Shown here in pieces: positions 63,285-64,000 of a DNA stretch of 64,000 nt. How positions within the stretch are numbered: the stretch's first letter is position 1; each line of letters starts with the position of its first letter. The stretch is from Polyangiaceae bacterium. GTDB lineage: Bacteria > Myxococcota_A > Polyangia > Polyangiales > Polyangiaceae. Below the pieces are notes generated by a model that ran no database searches, was not told where the DNA came from, and was given only the letters and a program-made list of their open reading frames with translations. The position numbers and the translations under genes were made by a program. The stretch spans positions 1,203 through 65,202 of the forward strand of contig JBFXBK010000005.1 in assembly GCA_050183255.1 (NCBI GenBank), read 5' to 3'.

Positions 63285-64000
63285 CATGACCAAGCTCACG
63301 TCTCTCCTCGCCGCCGCCGCGCTGGCCCTCCCGTTGTTCGCAACTCAACAAGCTCACGCCGGCATCGCAGCGTGCGGCGACATCAACATCGAGGCAAACG
63401 CCACGTGCTCTGCCACTGCCGAGGGCGGCTGCGATGTGCAGTGCGAGGCGCTCGACTTCAAGGCCACCTGTGCTGCCGAGCTCGATGTGACGTGCAGCGG
63501 CGAATGCAACGCCACGGCGGAGGCTTCATGCACCGGCAGCTGTGAAGCGGACTGCACTTCCAAGTGTGAAGTCGATCCGCCAAAGTTCGACTGCACCGCA
63601 AACTGCACCGCGACCGCCGAGGCCGACTGCAGCGCCAACTGCACCGCTGGCACGGACGAGGAGAAGGACGAGTGCAAGGCGAGCTGTAAGGCTACGGCGA
63701 GCGCCACCTGCGAGGGCAAGTGCGACGTCGATCCCAACGCCAGCGTCGATTGCAGCGCTCAGTGCAAGTCGAGCTGCGAAGGCTCTTGCGAGGTGAAGGC
63801 CAACGCCACCTGTCAGATCGACTGCCAGGGCAGGGCGTACGCTGACTGCAAGGTCAAGGCCGAGGGGGGCTGTGTCGCGCAGTGCAAGCAGCCCAGCGGC
63901 GCGCTGGTTTGCGACGGACAGTTCGTCGACAACAACGGCAACTTCGAGGACTGTCTCGCGGCCCTCAAGGCGGAGCTGAACATCACCTACGGGGCGCGCG
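63285..64000 (+). CDS. Secreted Cys-rich repeat protein; the 3' end lies outside the window
   Basis: Absent from the ORF track because there is no stop codon in the window. My translation reads MTKLTSLLAAAALALPLFATQQAHA|GIAACGDINIEANATCSATAEGGCDVQCEALDFKATCAAELDVTCSGECNATAEASCTGSCEADCTSKCEVD.... It has an AGGAG RBS, a signal peptide and more than 30 Cys residues in repeating C-x3-C / C-x7-C spacing. G/C is strongly favoured at third positions. Confidence 0.75.

Noticed and set aside
1-64000. Search for mobile elements, prophage genes, defence islands (restriction-modification, CBASS, retron, toxin-antitoxin), rRNA and tRNA
   Set aside because: None of the credible ORFs shows integrase, transposase, recombinase, reverse-transcriptase, nuclease-helicase or phage structural motifs. 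I saw no terminal inverted repeats or target-site duplications. The window looks like core chromosome rather than an accessory island.

Overview
High-GC, gene-dense bacterial chromosome. I call about 50 protein-coding genes on both strands. I found no rRNA, tRNA, CRISPR array, transposase, integrase or prophage remnant. The gene content suggests a Myxococcota-like organism, but this is inference only. Supporting features are many lipobox lipoproteins, a Ser/Thr kinase fused to a STAND NTPase and TPR, an NtrC-like regulator, sigma-54-like promoters and Cys-rich repeat proteins. Recognisable housekeeping genes are accC, hisD, serB, sucA-sucB-lpd, plsC, yggX, clpP and an LCAD-like acyl-CoA dehydrogenase. 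Between them are exported enzymes: a 1615-aa HEXXH metalloprotease, an SLT, a CE4 deacetylase, a PAE/Notum-like esterase, LAS/M15-like peptidases and a Tat/lipobox pirin. Two coding regions run off the window edges and are absent from the ORF track (1..458 minus; 63285..64000 plus). Many long ORFs in the track are antisense shadow frames typical of high-GC DNA and I rejected them. The four most unusual items follow. (1) A lipoprotein carries a metazoan-type Fam20-like secretory kinase domain and is divergently paired with a CE4 polysaccharide deacetylase. (2) A locus encodes a 1217-aa double-activase/dehydratase fusion plus a 626-aa dehydratase-like subunit (BCR/HAD radical-enzyme family), followed by an MFS transporter. 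(3) A co-directional cluster has a FadI-like thiolase and a FadJ-like protein that have lost catalytic residues. They are followed by a response regulator whose AAA+ domain lacks the Walker A Lys, the Walker B DE and GAFTGA. (4) A stand-alone MshEN domain protein has two intact-looking c-di-GMP-binding motifs. All family assignments come from reading motifs by eye. No database search was run. Start codons are often ambiguous.
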